Assembly (NCBI GenBank): GCA_965649225.1
Contig: CBFGJX010000009.1
Location: 29,200-93,199 of the forward strand
DNA: 64,000 bases
Direction: 5' to 3'
From: a candidate division WOR-3 bacterium
GTDB lineage: Bacteria > Hydrothermota > Tepidihabitantia > Tepidihabitantales > Tepidihabitantaceae
Part shown: one piece after another, positions 18,419 to 27,032 of the stretch
How the letters are laid out: each line of letters starts with the position of its first letter
How positions within the stretch are numbered: the first letter of the stretch is position 1
The notes under the pieces: model-generated
What the model saw: the letters and a program-made list of their open reading frames with translations, nothing else
Told to the model about the DNA's origin: nothing
Databases searched by the model: none
Made by a program: the position numbers and the translations under genes

Positions 18419-20017
18419 GTGCGCCCGGCCATCAGCATCAGCCTGATTCTCATCGCCACCCTGGCTGCCTTCGGCCAGCCGGTACGCAATCTTATAATGA
18501 TGGTTCCTGACGGCTGCGACTGGACCACCGTCAGCCTCGCCCGCTGGTATGCCAGTCGTGACCTGACACTTGACAGCATTCTTGTCGGTGCGGTCCGTAC
18601 CGGTTCCTTCAACTCGGCGATCCCCGGCTCAGCCGAAGCTGCCACCGCCTTTGCCACTGGCCGCAGAACCACCGCCGCTGTACTCAGCATCGGGCCGTCG
18701 CCCGCCGAACTGCTGCCGAACCGGCCGATTCCCGAGTCGCTGCAGCAGCGTCCCTGGGTCACGCTGCTGGAAGCCGCCCGTCTTGCCGGCAAAGCCACCG
18801 GCATCGTTGTCACCAGCGCAGTCAGCCATGCCACCCCGGCGGCATTCTATGCCCACGTGCCGCACCGCAGCCTCCAAGACACGATAATGAAACAACTGGT
18901 TTTCGCCGGACTGGACGTCGTTTTTGGCGGCGGCCGGCGGCGGCTGATACCGCGCCAGCAGGGCGGCTCCCGGCGCGACAATCTTGACCTGCGGTCAATC
19001 CTGCGCCGGCGCGGCATTACGGTTGTCGGTACTGCCGCCGGTCTGGACAGTTTGAAAAGAACCCCGGCATGGGGCCTGTTTGCCGACGAACATCTGGCTC
19101 CCGATGCCGACCGGCTCCGCCATGCTCCAGCCGAGCCGAGCCTCGCAGCAATGACCGCCAAGGCGATTGAACTGCTCAGAACCGACCCGGACGGCTTCTT
19201 TTTGCTGGTCGAAGGCAGCCAGGTCGACTGGGGCGCTCATGCCAATGACCCGTTCTACGCCGTCACCGAACTGCTCGCCTTCGACCGGGCGGTACGCACT
19301 GCACTGGACTTCGCCCGACGCGACCGTGGCACACTGCTGCTGGTTTTCTCCGACCACGGCTGCGGCGGCCCCAGCATCGGCTCCCGCTATGCCCGATCCG
19401 ACTACATCCGCACTTCGCCCGACAGCCTGCTGCTGCCCCTGCGCCGGATGCAGCTGACCTCAACCGGCATCGCCCGGGAAATCGGCGCCAGCCGCACCAA
19501 AGCCCGCATCCGCTCGACAGTCCAGCAATGGTGGGATGTCGAACTCAGCGACTCGGCGCTGGAAGATATCCACCGGCTCGAGGCCGCCGGCATGGACTTT
19601 GAACATGCTCTCGGCGAAGTGTTCTGCCGCCGCTATACCGTCATCGGCTGGACGACCCACGGCCACACCGGCGGCGATGTTCCGCTCTGGGCCTACGGGC
19701 CCGGGTCACCGTCCGGCATGCTCGACCACACCGAACTCGCCCGGCTTGCCGCCCGGGCGCTTGGCATTGACCTGCCGCGGGCGGAAAGCCATGTCTTCAT
19801 TGACCTAGGTCGCGCACTCGGCCCCGATTCGTGGGGAGTTGACGGCTCTGACCCGGACTGGCCGGCGGTACAGATCGGCCGTGCCCGGCTGCCAATTGAT
19901 ACCGATCTGCTGATTTTCGATACAGACACTCTGCGTCTGCCCGGCCTGACACTGCTGCTGCCCGACGGCCGGGCATGGGTTTGCGACAGCGCGCTGGCAG
20001 TCCTGCGCCGGCGCTGA
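18419..20017 (+). CDS. Secreted alkaline phosphatase
   Basis: MVPDG, SAEAATAFATG, HATPAAF, EGSQVDWGAHAND, SDHG, HGHTGGDV. Confidence 0.9.
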   Translation: MRPAISISLILIATLAAFGQPVRNLIMMVPDGCDWTTVSLARWYASRDLTLDSILVGAVRTGSFNSAIPGSAEAATAFATGRRTTAAVLSIGPSPAELLPNRPIPESLQQRPWVTLLEAARLAGKATGIVVTSAVSHATPAAFYAHVPHRSLQDTIMKQLVFAGLDVVFGGGRRRLIPRQQGGSRRDNLDLRSILRRRGITVVGTAAGLDSLKRTPAWGLFADEHLAPDADRLRHAPAEPSLAAMTAKAIELLRTDPDGFFLLVEGSQVDWGAHANDPFYAVTELLAFDRAVRTALDFARRDRGTLLLVFSDHGCGGPSIGSRYARSDYIRTSPDSLLLPLRRMQLTSTGIAREIGASRTKARIRSTVQQWWDVELSDSALEDIHRLEAAGMDFEHALGEVFCRRYTVIGWTTHGHTGGDVPLWAYGPGSPSGMLDHTELARLAARALGIDLPRAESHVFIDLGRALGPDSWGVDGSDPDWPAVQIGRARLPIDTDLLIFDTDTLRLPGLTLLLPDGRAWVCDSALAVLRRR

Positions 20018-20039
20018 CCGACGGTCTGCAAACCGGCGG

Positions 20040-20723
20040 CTAGAAACCCCAGCTCCGCCGCAGCACTGCTTTGGTCTGCGCGGCCGGAGGGCCGGAACGT
20101 AACTGCGGCAGGCGACACAGCGGCCCGCCCTCAGGCGGCAACGCATTGATGGAATCGATGTAGGCCTGAGTCAGCCCGGTCGAATCGGTAACCAGATAGA
20201 CCGCGCGCTGCACCATCCACATCGCGTTCGGGTCGGAAATATCCTTGCCCCGCACCAGCCCGACCAGCTGGACCAGCCCGTCACGATGCTGAGTCTGCAG
20301 ATTGGCGGCAAGCGGTCCGATGTCAAAGGTATCGCCCCGGTCCGGCGAAACCCGACGCAGATTCCCGCAGAAACTGCCCAGCAGATTGACGGTTGCGCTG
20401 GTGCCGGCGGTAATCGGATGGTCCTTCAGCAGAATCATGTGCTGGGTCGCGTTGCGCCGCGACCGAAACAGCAACCCGGCCGGCAGTGTATCGCGCAGTT
20501 CCGCCCCTCCGTTCGCACTGGCGGTAAACGCCAGCGTAAACGGCCCGCGGTCGGAAAGCCGCGGGTCACCGGTGATTGCCACTGCCACAATACCGGAATT
20601 GAGTGCAAACGTCGGCCCGTCCGGCACCACTCCGCCCTGATCGTCAACCAGCGGCGGACACTCACTGCCGGCAAATATCAGCAGCGCCGCCGCAACTGCC
20701 GCAACCCGCCACCAGCGTTTCAT
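20040..20723 (-). CDS. Exported protein / lipoprotein, paralog 1 of the PAGLxF..FCxN..QxAxW family
   Basis: Signal with Cys; LPAGLLF, QHMILL, FCGN, VQRAVY. Confidence 0.8.
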   Translation of the reverse strand: MKRWWRVAAVAAALLIFAGSECPPLVDDQGGVVPDGPTFALNSGIVAVAITGDPRLSDRGPFTLAFTASANGGAELRDTLPAGLLFRSRRNATQHMILLKDHPITAGTSATVNLLGSFCGNLRRVSPDRGDTFDIGPLAANLQTQHRDGLVQLVGLVRGKDISDPNAMWMVQRAVYLVTDSTGLTQAYIDSINALPPEGGPLCRLPQLRSGPPAAQTKAVLRRSWGF

Positions 20724-21355
20724 CGCATCCTCCCCCGGCGGAATTTGCCCGCCGGCTGAAGCGGCAACCCGGCCGGCGCCGGCCCGCCGGTATCAGGCGG
20801 CAACCGGGAAATCGAATCCAGCCAGTGGTCGGCAAGTTTGCCGTCTTCGACCACCTCCCACACCGCCAGCTGCAGCCAGCCCAGTGCGACGCAGCGGATG
20901 TCCTTGTCCGCCACGGCCGTAATCAGCCGCCTCATCTCGGCATGGTCGGTTACCGGCCCCAGCTCGAAAGTGTCCCCGGCACCCGGCACGCCGCGGGTCG
21001 GATTGATACAGAACCCGCCGATAGGCAGGACAGTATCATACGGCACCCCACGGATAATATGCCGCTTGAGCAGAATGATGTTTTGCACCTCTTTCGACTT
21101 GGCGAGAAAGAACAACCCGGCCGGCAGTGTCTCGACCCACGGCGCAGTATCGCCCCTCACCTCGAACCCAAGCGTGGTCCAGCCGTTGAAATTGGTATAG
21201 GGTGCCGCGCCGGTCACCCTCAGCAGTGGCACCGTCGGTTTCAGCGTGAAAGGAGTCCCGCGTGGCTCAAACTCCTTGGGTTTCCGGTCAAAAAGCCCGC
21301 AACCGGCAACCACCAGCATTGCTGCCAGCGCAACAATCAGGCGCTTTTTCTTCAT
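20720..21355 (-). CDS. Lipoprotein, paralog 2
   Basis: Lipobox VAGC; LPAGLFF, QNIILL, FCINP, LQLAVW. Confidence 0.8.
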   Translation of the reverse strand: MKKKRLIVALAAMLVVAGCGLFDRKPKEFEPRGTPFTLKPTVPLLRVTGAAPYTNFNGWTTLGFEVRGDTAPWVETLPAGLFFLAKSKEVQNIILLKRHIIRGVPYDTVLPIGGFCINPTRGVPGAGDTFELGPVTDHAEMRRLITAVADKDIRCVALGWLQLAVWEVVEDGKLADHWLDSISRLPPDTGGPAPAGLPLQPAGKFRRGRMR

Positions 21356-21380
21356 CAGGTCTTCCTCCATCATCCGAACT

Positions 21381-23246
21381 TTAGTCGCGCCGGCGCCGAC
21401 CGTCAAGCCGCCTGACCCCGGGCCGGGTCATGTCATCCCGACCGCCACCCAGCAGCGGCCGCAGCCGCCGGATGCGTTCAATCAGGTCGCGGCGGCCGCG
21501 CCGCGACAGCTCCCGTTCGGCCAGCCGGAAGCTCGCCGGCAGCCAGAGCTGCAGCAGCGCACGCTGCAACCGCTGTTCGCTCTCGTCGCGCGGCACGTAA
21601 ACCGGTTCGCCGGTCAGCGGGTCGAAACCACAATGCCACACCGCTGCTGCCAGCGTCATCGGCAGTGGTGTGAACTGCTGCACCTGCCGGATACGCAACC
21701 GCTCGACCCGGGCGATGAACTCGGCCAGAGCCACCGCATCATCAACCGTTGCCCCGGGATGGCCGGAAATGAAGTAGGGAATCAGATACTGCCGACGCCC
21801 GAGCCGGCGGTTGGTCTGCTCGAAGGCGGCACGAAACTGGCGGTAGCTTTCGGGCCGGCACTTGCGCATCTGCTCCAGCACCCGCTCGGAACAGTGTTCG
21901 GGCGCAACCCGCAACTGCCCCGAAACATGATAGCGGCAGAGCTGCTCGATGTAGCGCATGCCGGCCGAATCGTCCAGCAGGTCAAAACGCACTCCCGACC
22001 CAACTGTCACGCGCTTGACTCCCGGCACACGCCGCACCGCTTCCAGCAGTTCAATTTCCCGCTCCAGCCCCGGTCTGAGTTCTCGACAGCGCCGGGGAAA
22101 CAGACACTCGCGACCGCGGCAGACCCTGCCGGCCTGCATCTGCCGGCACGACGCGCCATACATATTGGCACTCGGGCCGCCGACATCCGTGATGTGGCCC
22201 CTGAAACCCGCCAACCGCGTCAGCCGCTGCGTTTCCCGCACAACCGATGCCACCGACCGGGCCTGAATGATCCGGCCCTGATGCGCCCCGAGCGAACAGA
22301 ATGCGCAACTGCCGAGACAGCCGCGGTGCGCGGTAATGGAGAACCGTACCGGCTCCAGTGCCGGCACCGGCTCGGTGTAGTTCGGGTCGGCGGCCCGGGC
22401 ATAGGGCAGTTCGTAGATTTGGTCCAGTTCAGCGGTGCTCAGCGGTGGGCTCATCGGATACTGCACGACGAACCGCCCGGCGTGTGGCTGGACGACAACC
22501 GGCCCATGCGGGTCATGGGCAGTGCGGTACCACAATCGGAATGCCTCGGCGAAAGCCCGCTTGTCGGCGGCAACCGCCTCATAGCCCGGTAACTGCACCG
22601 CGTCAGCCGGACTCTCTCGGGCAACGATGCAGGTCCCGGCAATGCCGGCCAGTTCCCGGCCGGTGTCAAGCCGGCACGCCGCCGCCACCACCTGCCGTTC
22701 GCCCATGCCGTACACGAGCAGGTCGGCACGCGCGTCCACCACGAGCGACCGGCGCACGGCATCATCCCACCAGTCATAATGCGCCAGTCGACGCAGACTC
22801 GCCTCGATGCCCCCCAGAATCAGCCGGACTCCGGGAAACAACTCCCGCAGCCGGTTACAGTAAACCAGTGTCGCCCGGTCCGGTCGCCGCCCCGGCCGGC
22901 CGCCCGGCGAATAGTCATCCTCGCGCCGCCGCTGACGGGCGGGCGAAAGATTCGCCACCAGCGAATCGACATTGCCGGCGGTAACCCCGAAAAACAGCCG
23001 CGGCCGACCCAGAGCCAGAAAATCATCCGGCCCGGTCCAGCGCGGCTGACTGATGATTCCGGTGCGAAACCCGGCGGCGATCAGCACCCGGGCGATAACC
23101 GCCGCGCCAAAGGCCGGGTGATCGACATAGCCATCGCCGGTAACGATGACTGCATCCAGTTCATCCCAGCCCAGCTCCCGCGCTGCCGCCGCGGTAGTCG
23201 GTACAAGATGCGGCTGCGGCAGCGGCGGCCGGTGAGAACCGAAAAT
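21381..23246 (-). CDS. ygiQ: YgiQ (UPF0313) family radical SAM protein
   Basis: GWDELDAVIVTGDGYVDHP, GGIEASLRRLAHYD, CLGSCAFC, DVGGPSANMY, VAPEH, PYFISGHPG; start uncertain (see findings). Confidence 0.9.
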   Translation of the reverse strand: MFGSHRPPLPQPHLVPTTAAAARELGWDELDAVIVTGDGYVDHPAFGAAVIARVLIAAGFRTGIISQPRWTGPDDFLALGRPRLFFGVTAGNVDSLVANLSPARQRRREDDYSPGGRPGRRPDRATLVYCNRLRELFPGVRLILGGIEASLRRLAHYDWWDDAVRRSLVVDARADLLVYGMGERQVVAAACRLDTGRELAGIAGTCIVARESPADAVQLPGYEAVAADKRAFAEAFRLWYRTAHDPHGPVVVQPHAGRFVVQYPMSPPLSTAELDQIYELPYARAADPNYTEPVPALEPVRFSITAHRGCLGSCAFCSLGAHQGRIIQARSVASVVRETQRLTRLAGFRGHITDVGGPSANMYGASCRQMQAGRVCRGRECLFPRRCRELRPGLEREIELLEAVRRVPGVKRVTVGSGVRFDLLDDSAGMRYIEQLCRYHVSGQLRVAPEHCSERVLEQMRKCRPESYRQFRAAFEQTNRRLGRRQYLIPYFISGHPGATVDDAVALAEFIARVERLRIRQVQQFTPLPMTLAAAVWHCGFDPLTGEPVYVPRDESEQRLQRALLQLWLPASFRLAERELSRRGRRDLIERIRRLRPLLGGGRDDMTRPGVRRLDGRRRRD

Positions 23247-23263
23247 GGCTGTCCGCTCCAGCG

Positions 23264-23854
23264 CTAACGGTCGGGCAAAGCCCGCAGCTTCGCCCGCATG
23301 GTGTCGGAAAGCGCTCCGCCCTCGGTAATTTCCCAGAGCGCATCCTGTGCCACGTTCACCGCTTCATTCTCCAGTCGCTTCGGCCGCAGCAGCTCGAACA
23401 GCTCGTTCAGTTCGAGCTCCCAGACCTGCAGCACGGCCAGATACCGGCTCTCATCATCCGGTTCGTCCAGGTCCTCGTTGGCGCAGTAGGTCGGCAGCAT
23501 CACCACCGTTTCGCCGACCGGCACCGAAAACCGGAACTCCTGCAGAATCATCATATGCTGATACTCCGGATTCATCGGGCTGAACACCAGCCCGGCCGGC
23601 ATCAAAATGCTGGTGCGCCTCTGGTTGTAATTGTAGATCCGGGCGGCCAGCGGTAACTCCGAAGCCGGAATCTCGTCGTCGGCACCGATGATGTCGGTTG
23701 CATTCACTCCGCCCGGCCACGACCACGGCCGGCCCGGAATCGGCTCGAAGAAACCCGGCTCCCACTGCCGACCCGGCGGCGGCGCTGTTTGACACAGACT
23801 GCCCAGCGCCAGAACCCCGCTCACTACGGTCAACAGCCAACGACTGACCTTCAT
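23264..23854 (-). CDS. Exported protein / lipoprotein, paralog 3
   Basis: Signal with Cys; MPAGLVF, QHMMIL, YCAN, AQDALW. Confidence 0.8.
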   Translation of the reverse strand: MKVSRWLLTVVSGVLALGSLCQTAPPPGRQWEPGFFEPIPGRPWSWPGGVNATDIIGADDEIPASELPLAARIYNYNQRRTSILMPAGLVFSPMNPEYQHMMILQEFRFSVPVGETVVMLPTYCANEDLDEPDDESRYLAVLQVWELELNELFELLRPKRLENEAVNVAQDALWEITEGGALSDTMRAKLRALPDR

Positions 23855-23871
23855 CGGCCTCTCCTCTCCGC

Positions 23872-25308
23872 TCATCGGGCAACAGCCACTGTCCGTCGCT
23901 CGCACATTCCCGGCCCACGCACTACCACAGTGTACCGGCCGGGCGGAAAGCTCTGGCAGGACCATTCCACTCTCAGCCGATCACTGGCAGCAACCGCCAG
24001 ATTGCGCCAGACACAGCGGCCGAGCACATCATAGGCGGCAGCGTCGTATCTTCCCGGCGCCGGTACGGCGAATTCCAGCTGCAACCGGTCACGCACCAGC
24101 ACTGCCGACGCCGCCGGTGTCACCGTCCCGGCAAACCATGGCGCATCGCAAAAGAGTCCCCGTGCACCCGCCGAATCCCAGCCGGCAAAGAACACCAGCG
24201 GCAGAGCCAGCGGTGTCCGCGGGGCATAAAGCAGGCGCGGCCGGCATGCCGGCAACGTCGCACAGACGCGACGGTCGCTGACGGGCTGGCCCGCCGACCA
24301 CCACGCCGGCTGCCAGGCCGCTGCCCAGCGCCAGTACACCGCGGTTGAATCGTCCGGCCCGCGGCCGCCCCGGTTGTAAACCATGCTGACCATTCCGTTC
24401 CGGGTCCAGCGGTCGGCGACAATATCGGCGAACCACTCGTCCCGGTACGGATCGCTCCAGTTAGTCTCTTCTCCCCAGGCCGGCCGGTCGTTGCCGCTGG
24501 TCCGCAGCCGGACGTCGGTACGGCCGGAATCACGCCAACCCTGAGTGTAAACCAGCCAGAGCTGCGCCAGCCGCTCGGGCACGGTGTCGGTCGCCGCCAG
24601 TCGCGGTTCCCACCGAAAATAACCGCCGCGGGTTATGACCCGGTGCGGTTCCCACGAACCGGAAGCGCCATAGCGCCGGCTGAACTGATGATGAATCTGG
24701 GTCGGGTCCTGAGCAAACCGCCAGACGCAGTGGACACTGGCACCGGCCAGACAAACCAGCTGCGGGTCGTGGGCATTCCACCAGCTCTGACCCGGCTCCC
24801 AGCTCTCGCCGAAGTCGCTCGAGCGTGAGAAAAAGCCGGTCAGGCCGGGCCGGTGTTCGTTGGCGGTTAGGCAGTAAAGATAGTAATACCGGCAGCGGTC
24901 AATGGCGAAGGAAAAGTCGTCGATGGTATCCGGCCCGACCGCAATCGGCAGCATCACCGCGACCGAATCACCCCAGTCCAGTCGCAACAGCCACAGGTCA
25001 CCGCCATTCTCTGCGGTCAAAAAGGCCAGATAGACTGCGCTGCGCCCACCCCAGCCGACCGCCAGCTCAACCTGGCTGACCGCCGCATCAGCGGCATGTT
25101 CGAGAATCAGCTGCCACGACGCGCCGGCGTCGCCCGAGCTGAACAGCCGCAACCGCCGGCCCGCCGCGGTCGCGGCCCACAACCGCCCGGTCGAATCCGC
25201 GCTCACCCCGAATGCGCTCACCGGCCCGGTGTCGACTGCCACATCCGGACCCCAGTTGGCCGCAACGGCACTGCCGACCACCAGCAGTACGGCCGGAACG
25301 AAGTGCAT
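23872..25308 (-). CDS. Secreted BNR/Asp-box propeller protein with Ig-like CTD
   Basis: SSGDAGASW, SSDFGESW; C-terminal YDVLGR..W..PPGRY. Confidence 0.8.
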   Translation of the reverse strand: MHFVPAVLLVVGSAVAANWGPDVAVDTGPVSAFGVSADSTGRLWAATAAGRRLRLFSSGDAGASWQLILEHAADAAVSQVELAVGWGGRSAVYLAFLTAENGGDLWLLRLDWGDSVAVMLPIAVGPDTIDDFSFAIDRCRYYYLYCLTANEHRPGLTGFFSRSSDFGESWEPGQSWWNAHDPQLVCLAGASVHCVWRFAQDPTQIHHQFSRRYGASGSWEPHRVITRGGYFRWEPRLAATDTVPERLAQLWLVYTQGWRDSGRTDVRLRTSGNDRPAWGEETNWSDPYRDEWFADIVADRWTRNGMVSMVYNRGGRGPDDSTAVYWRWAAAWQPAWWSAGQPVSDRRVCATLPACRPRLLYAPRTPLALPLVFFAGWDSAGARGLFCDAPWFAGTVTPAASAVLVRDRLQLEFAVPAPGRYDAAAYDVLGRCVWRNLAVAASDRLRVEWSCQSFPPGRYTVVVRGPGMCERRTVAVAR

Positions 25309-25376
25309 CGGTCTATTCTCGCCCCGACCCGGCCGGCCGTCAAGCTGCCCGGCACTGCAACGGTCCCGCCGGCAGG

Positions 25377-25730
25377 CTAGACATCCAGCGCGTCGCTCAG
25401 GCCCATTTCGACCCGGCCCGCCGGCAGTGCCAGTACGACATTGAAGTTCTCGTCCAGCGAGGCCTCAACATGTTCCCAGCCGGCATCGGTATCAATCTCG
25501 GTAGCATAGGCAATTGAACTCCACGGAAACACCCGGACACCGATGTCGCCCGAGATGATGCTGGAACTGCTGGTTGGCCGGTGGAAATGAAATGCCCGGC
25601 AACGCATCCTGACATAATTGACCGTCTCTTCCAGCACCTCACCGACGACATGATTGGTCGCCGTCGGATAGAGCTTTCTGATTCTGACCTTCCAGACCCG
25701 TCGAGTGCTGCTGGCTGGCTGTTTTTCCAT
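25377..25730 (-). CDS. Hypothetical cytoplasmic protein
   Basis: Globular composition, co-oriented; no recognised motif. Confidence 0.6.
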   Translation of the reverse strand: MEKQPASSTRRVWKVRIRKLYPTATNHVVGEVLEETVNYVRMRCRAFHFHRPTSSSSIISGDIGVRVFPWSSIAYATEIDTDAGWEHVEASLDENFNVVLALPAGRVEMGLSDALDV

Positions 25731-25843
25731 TGCCGCGATTATCCGGTATCGCATCAAGACCGTATCAGGCCGGCAGCAGTTCCCGGTTAGCCCCGGTCCT
25801 GCGGGCTTGTGCCGAGTCCCCGGCTGTGCTATCATTGCCCGCC

Positions 25844-26989
25844 ATGCACCGGCTGATTGCTCTTATCGTCCTGACTCTGACCGCCGCGGCACAGGACTAC
25901 TCCGCGCGCGGCCCCTACGCCGACACATTCCGGATAATGGACATCCCGGGCACGACCGAGGTGATGCGCAACTCGCGCGTGTACTACCCGGACTCGGCCG
26001 GCCGCATCCCCGGCTCGGCCGTGCCGGCACCGATTACGGTGTTTGGCCACGGCTGGCAGATGGGCATCGACCGCTACTACTCCTATGCCCGCCACCTCGC
26101 GTCGTGGGGTTATGTCTGCGTCCTGCCGACCATCTCCAATCCGCTGATTGACCCCGAACACGACAAACGCGCCCGGCTGATGGCCGACGCCGCACGCTAT
26201 GTCGGCACACTCGACACCGTGCCCGGCGACCCGTTCTTCGGCGCGCTCGACCGGTCGAACTGGGGCTTCGCCGGCCACTCGATGGGCGGCGGCCTCTCAA
26301 TGCTGGCCGCCGACACCCTGCGCCTCGGCGACACCCTGCGCTGCGTTGTCGGCATCGCCTGCCCGCAGACCACGCCACCGACCCGTTCGGCCAACATCCG
26401 TGTGCCGAAACTGCTCCTGCCCGGCGGAGTGGACAACATCGCACCCTGGCGCGATGTTCGGACGGCTTACTGGGCCGATGCTCCGCCGCCCGGCACTTTT
26501 GCGGTCATTCGTGGCGCCAACCACGGCTACGTGATGGACTACTCCTACTTCTGGGAAAACGGCGGCACCGCCACCATCACCCGCGCCGAACAGCAACGGA
26601 TAATCCGCCGTCACCTGACCGCCTTCTTCGAACGTTACCTGCATGGCGACTCCAGCGACTGGAACTTCGCCTACTGCTTCGGCGACTCAATCCGGCACCA
26701 CCCGACGATGGACTCGGTCGAAGTACGCCTGCCGACGGTCGGAATTGAAGCGCCGCTCTGGCGCGGCGAGGCCACCGGTCCCGGCCCGACCATCGTCTGC
26801 CGTCGGTCGGGACTGCCATTCTGGCCGGCGGTGGATACTCTCTTCTCCCTGATTGACCCGGTTGGCAACCGACCGGTACGGCTGCGCGGCCGCAGTGAAG
26901 ATATTCCCCGGCTTGCGCCCGGCGTATATTTCATCTGCCCGACCCGACCGGCGTCCGGTGCGACACGGCGGGTTGTTGTCCTGCAATGA
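25844..26989 (+). CDS. Secreted alpha/beta hydrolase (chlorophyllase/cutinase-like) with degenerate CTD
   Basis: FGHG, HLASWG, AGHSMGGG, GVDNIAP, GANH; ends LAPGVYF. Confidence 0.88.
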   Translation: MHRLIALIVLTLTAAAQDYSARGPYADTFRIMDIPGTTEVMRNSRVYYPDSAGRIPGSAVPAPITVFGHGWQMGIDRYYSYARHLASWGYVCVLPTISNPLIDPEHDKRARLMADAARYVGTLDTVPGDPFFGALDRSNWGFAGHSMGGGLSMLAADTLRLGDTLRCVVGIACPQTTPPTRSANIRVPKLLLPGGVDNIAPWRDVRTAYWADAPPPGTFAVIRGANHGYVMDYSYFWENGGTATITRAEQQRIIRRHLTAFFERYLHGDSSDWNFAYCFGDSIRHHPTMDSVEVRLPTVGIEAPLWRGEATGPGPTIVCRRSGLPFWPAVDTLFSLIDPVGNRPVRLRGRSEDIPRLAPGVYFICPTRPASGATRRVVVLQ

Positions 26990-27032
26990 CCGAATCCGTA
27001 GTTTCGCCAGTCCCGCATCGCCGCAAGGAGGA

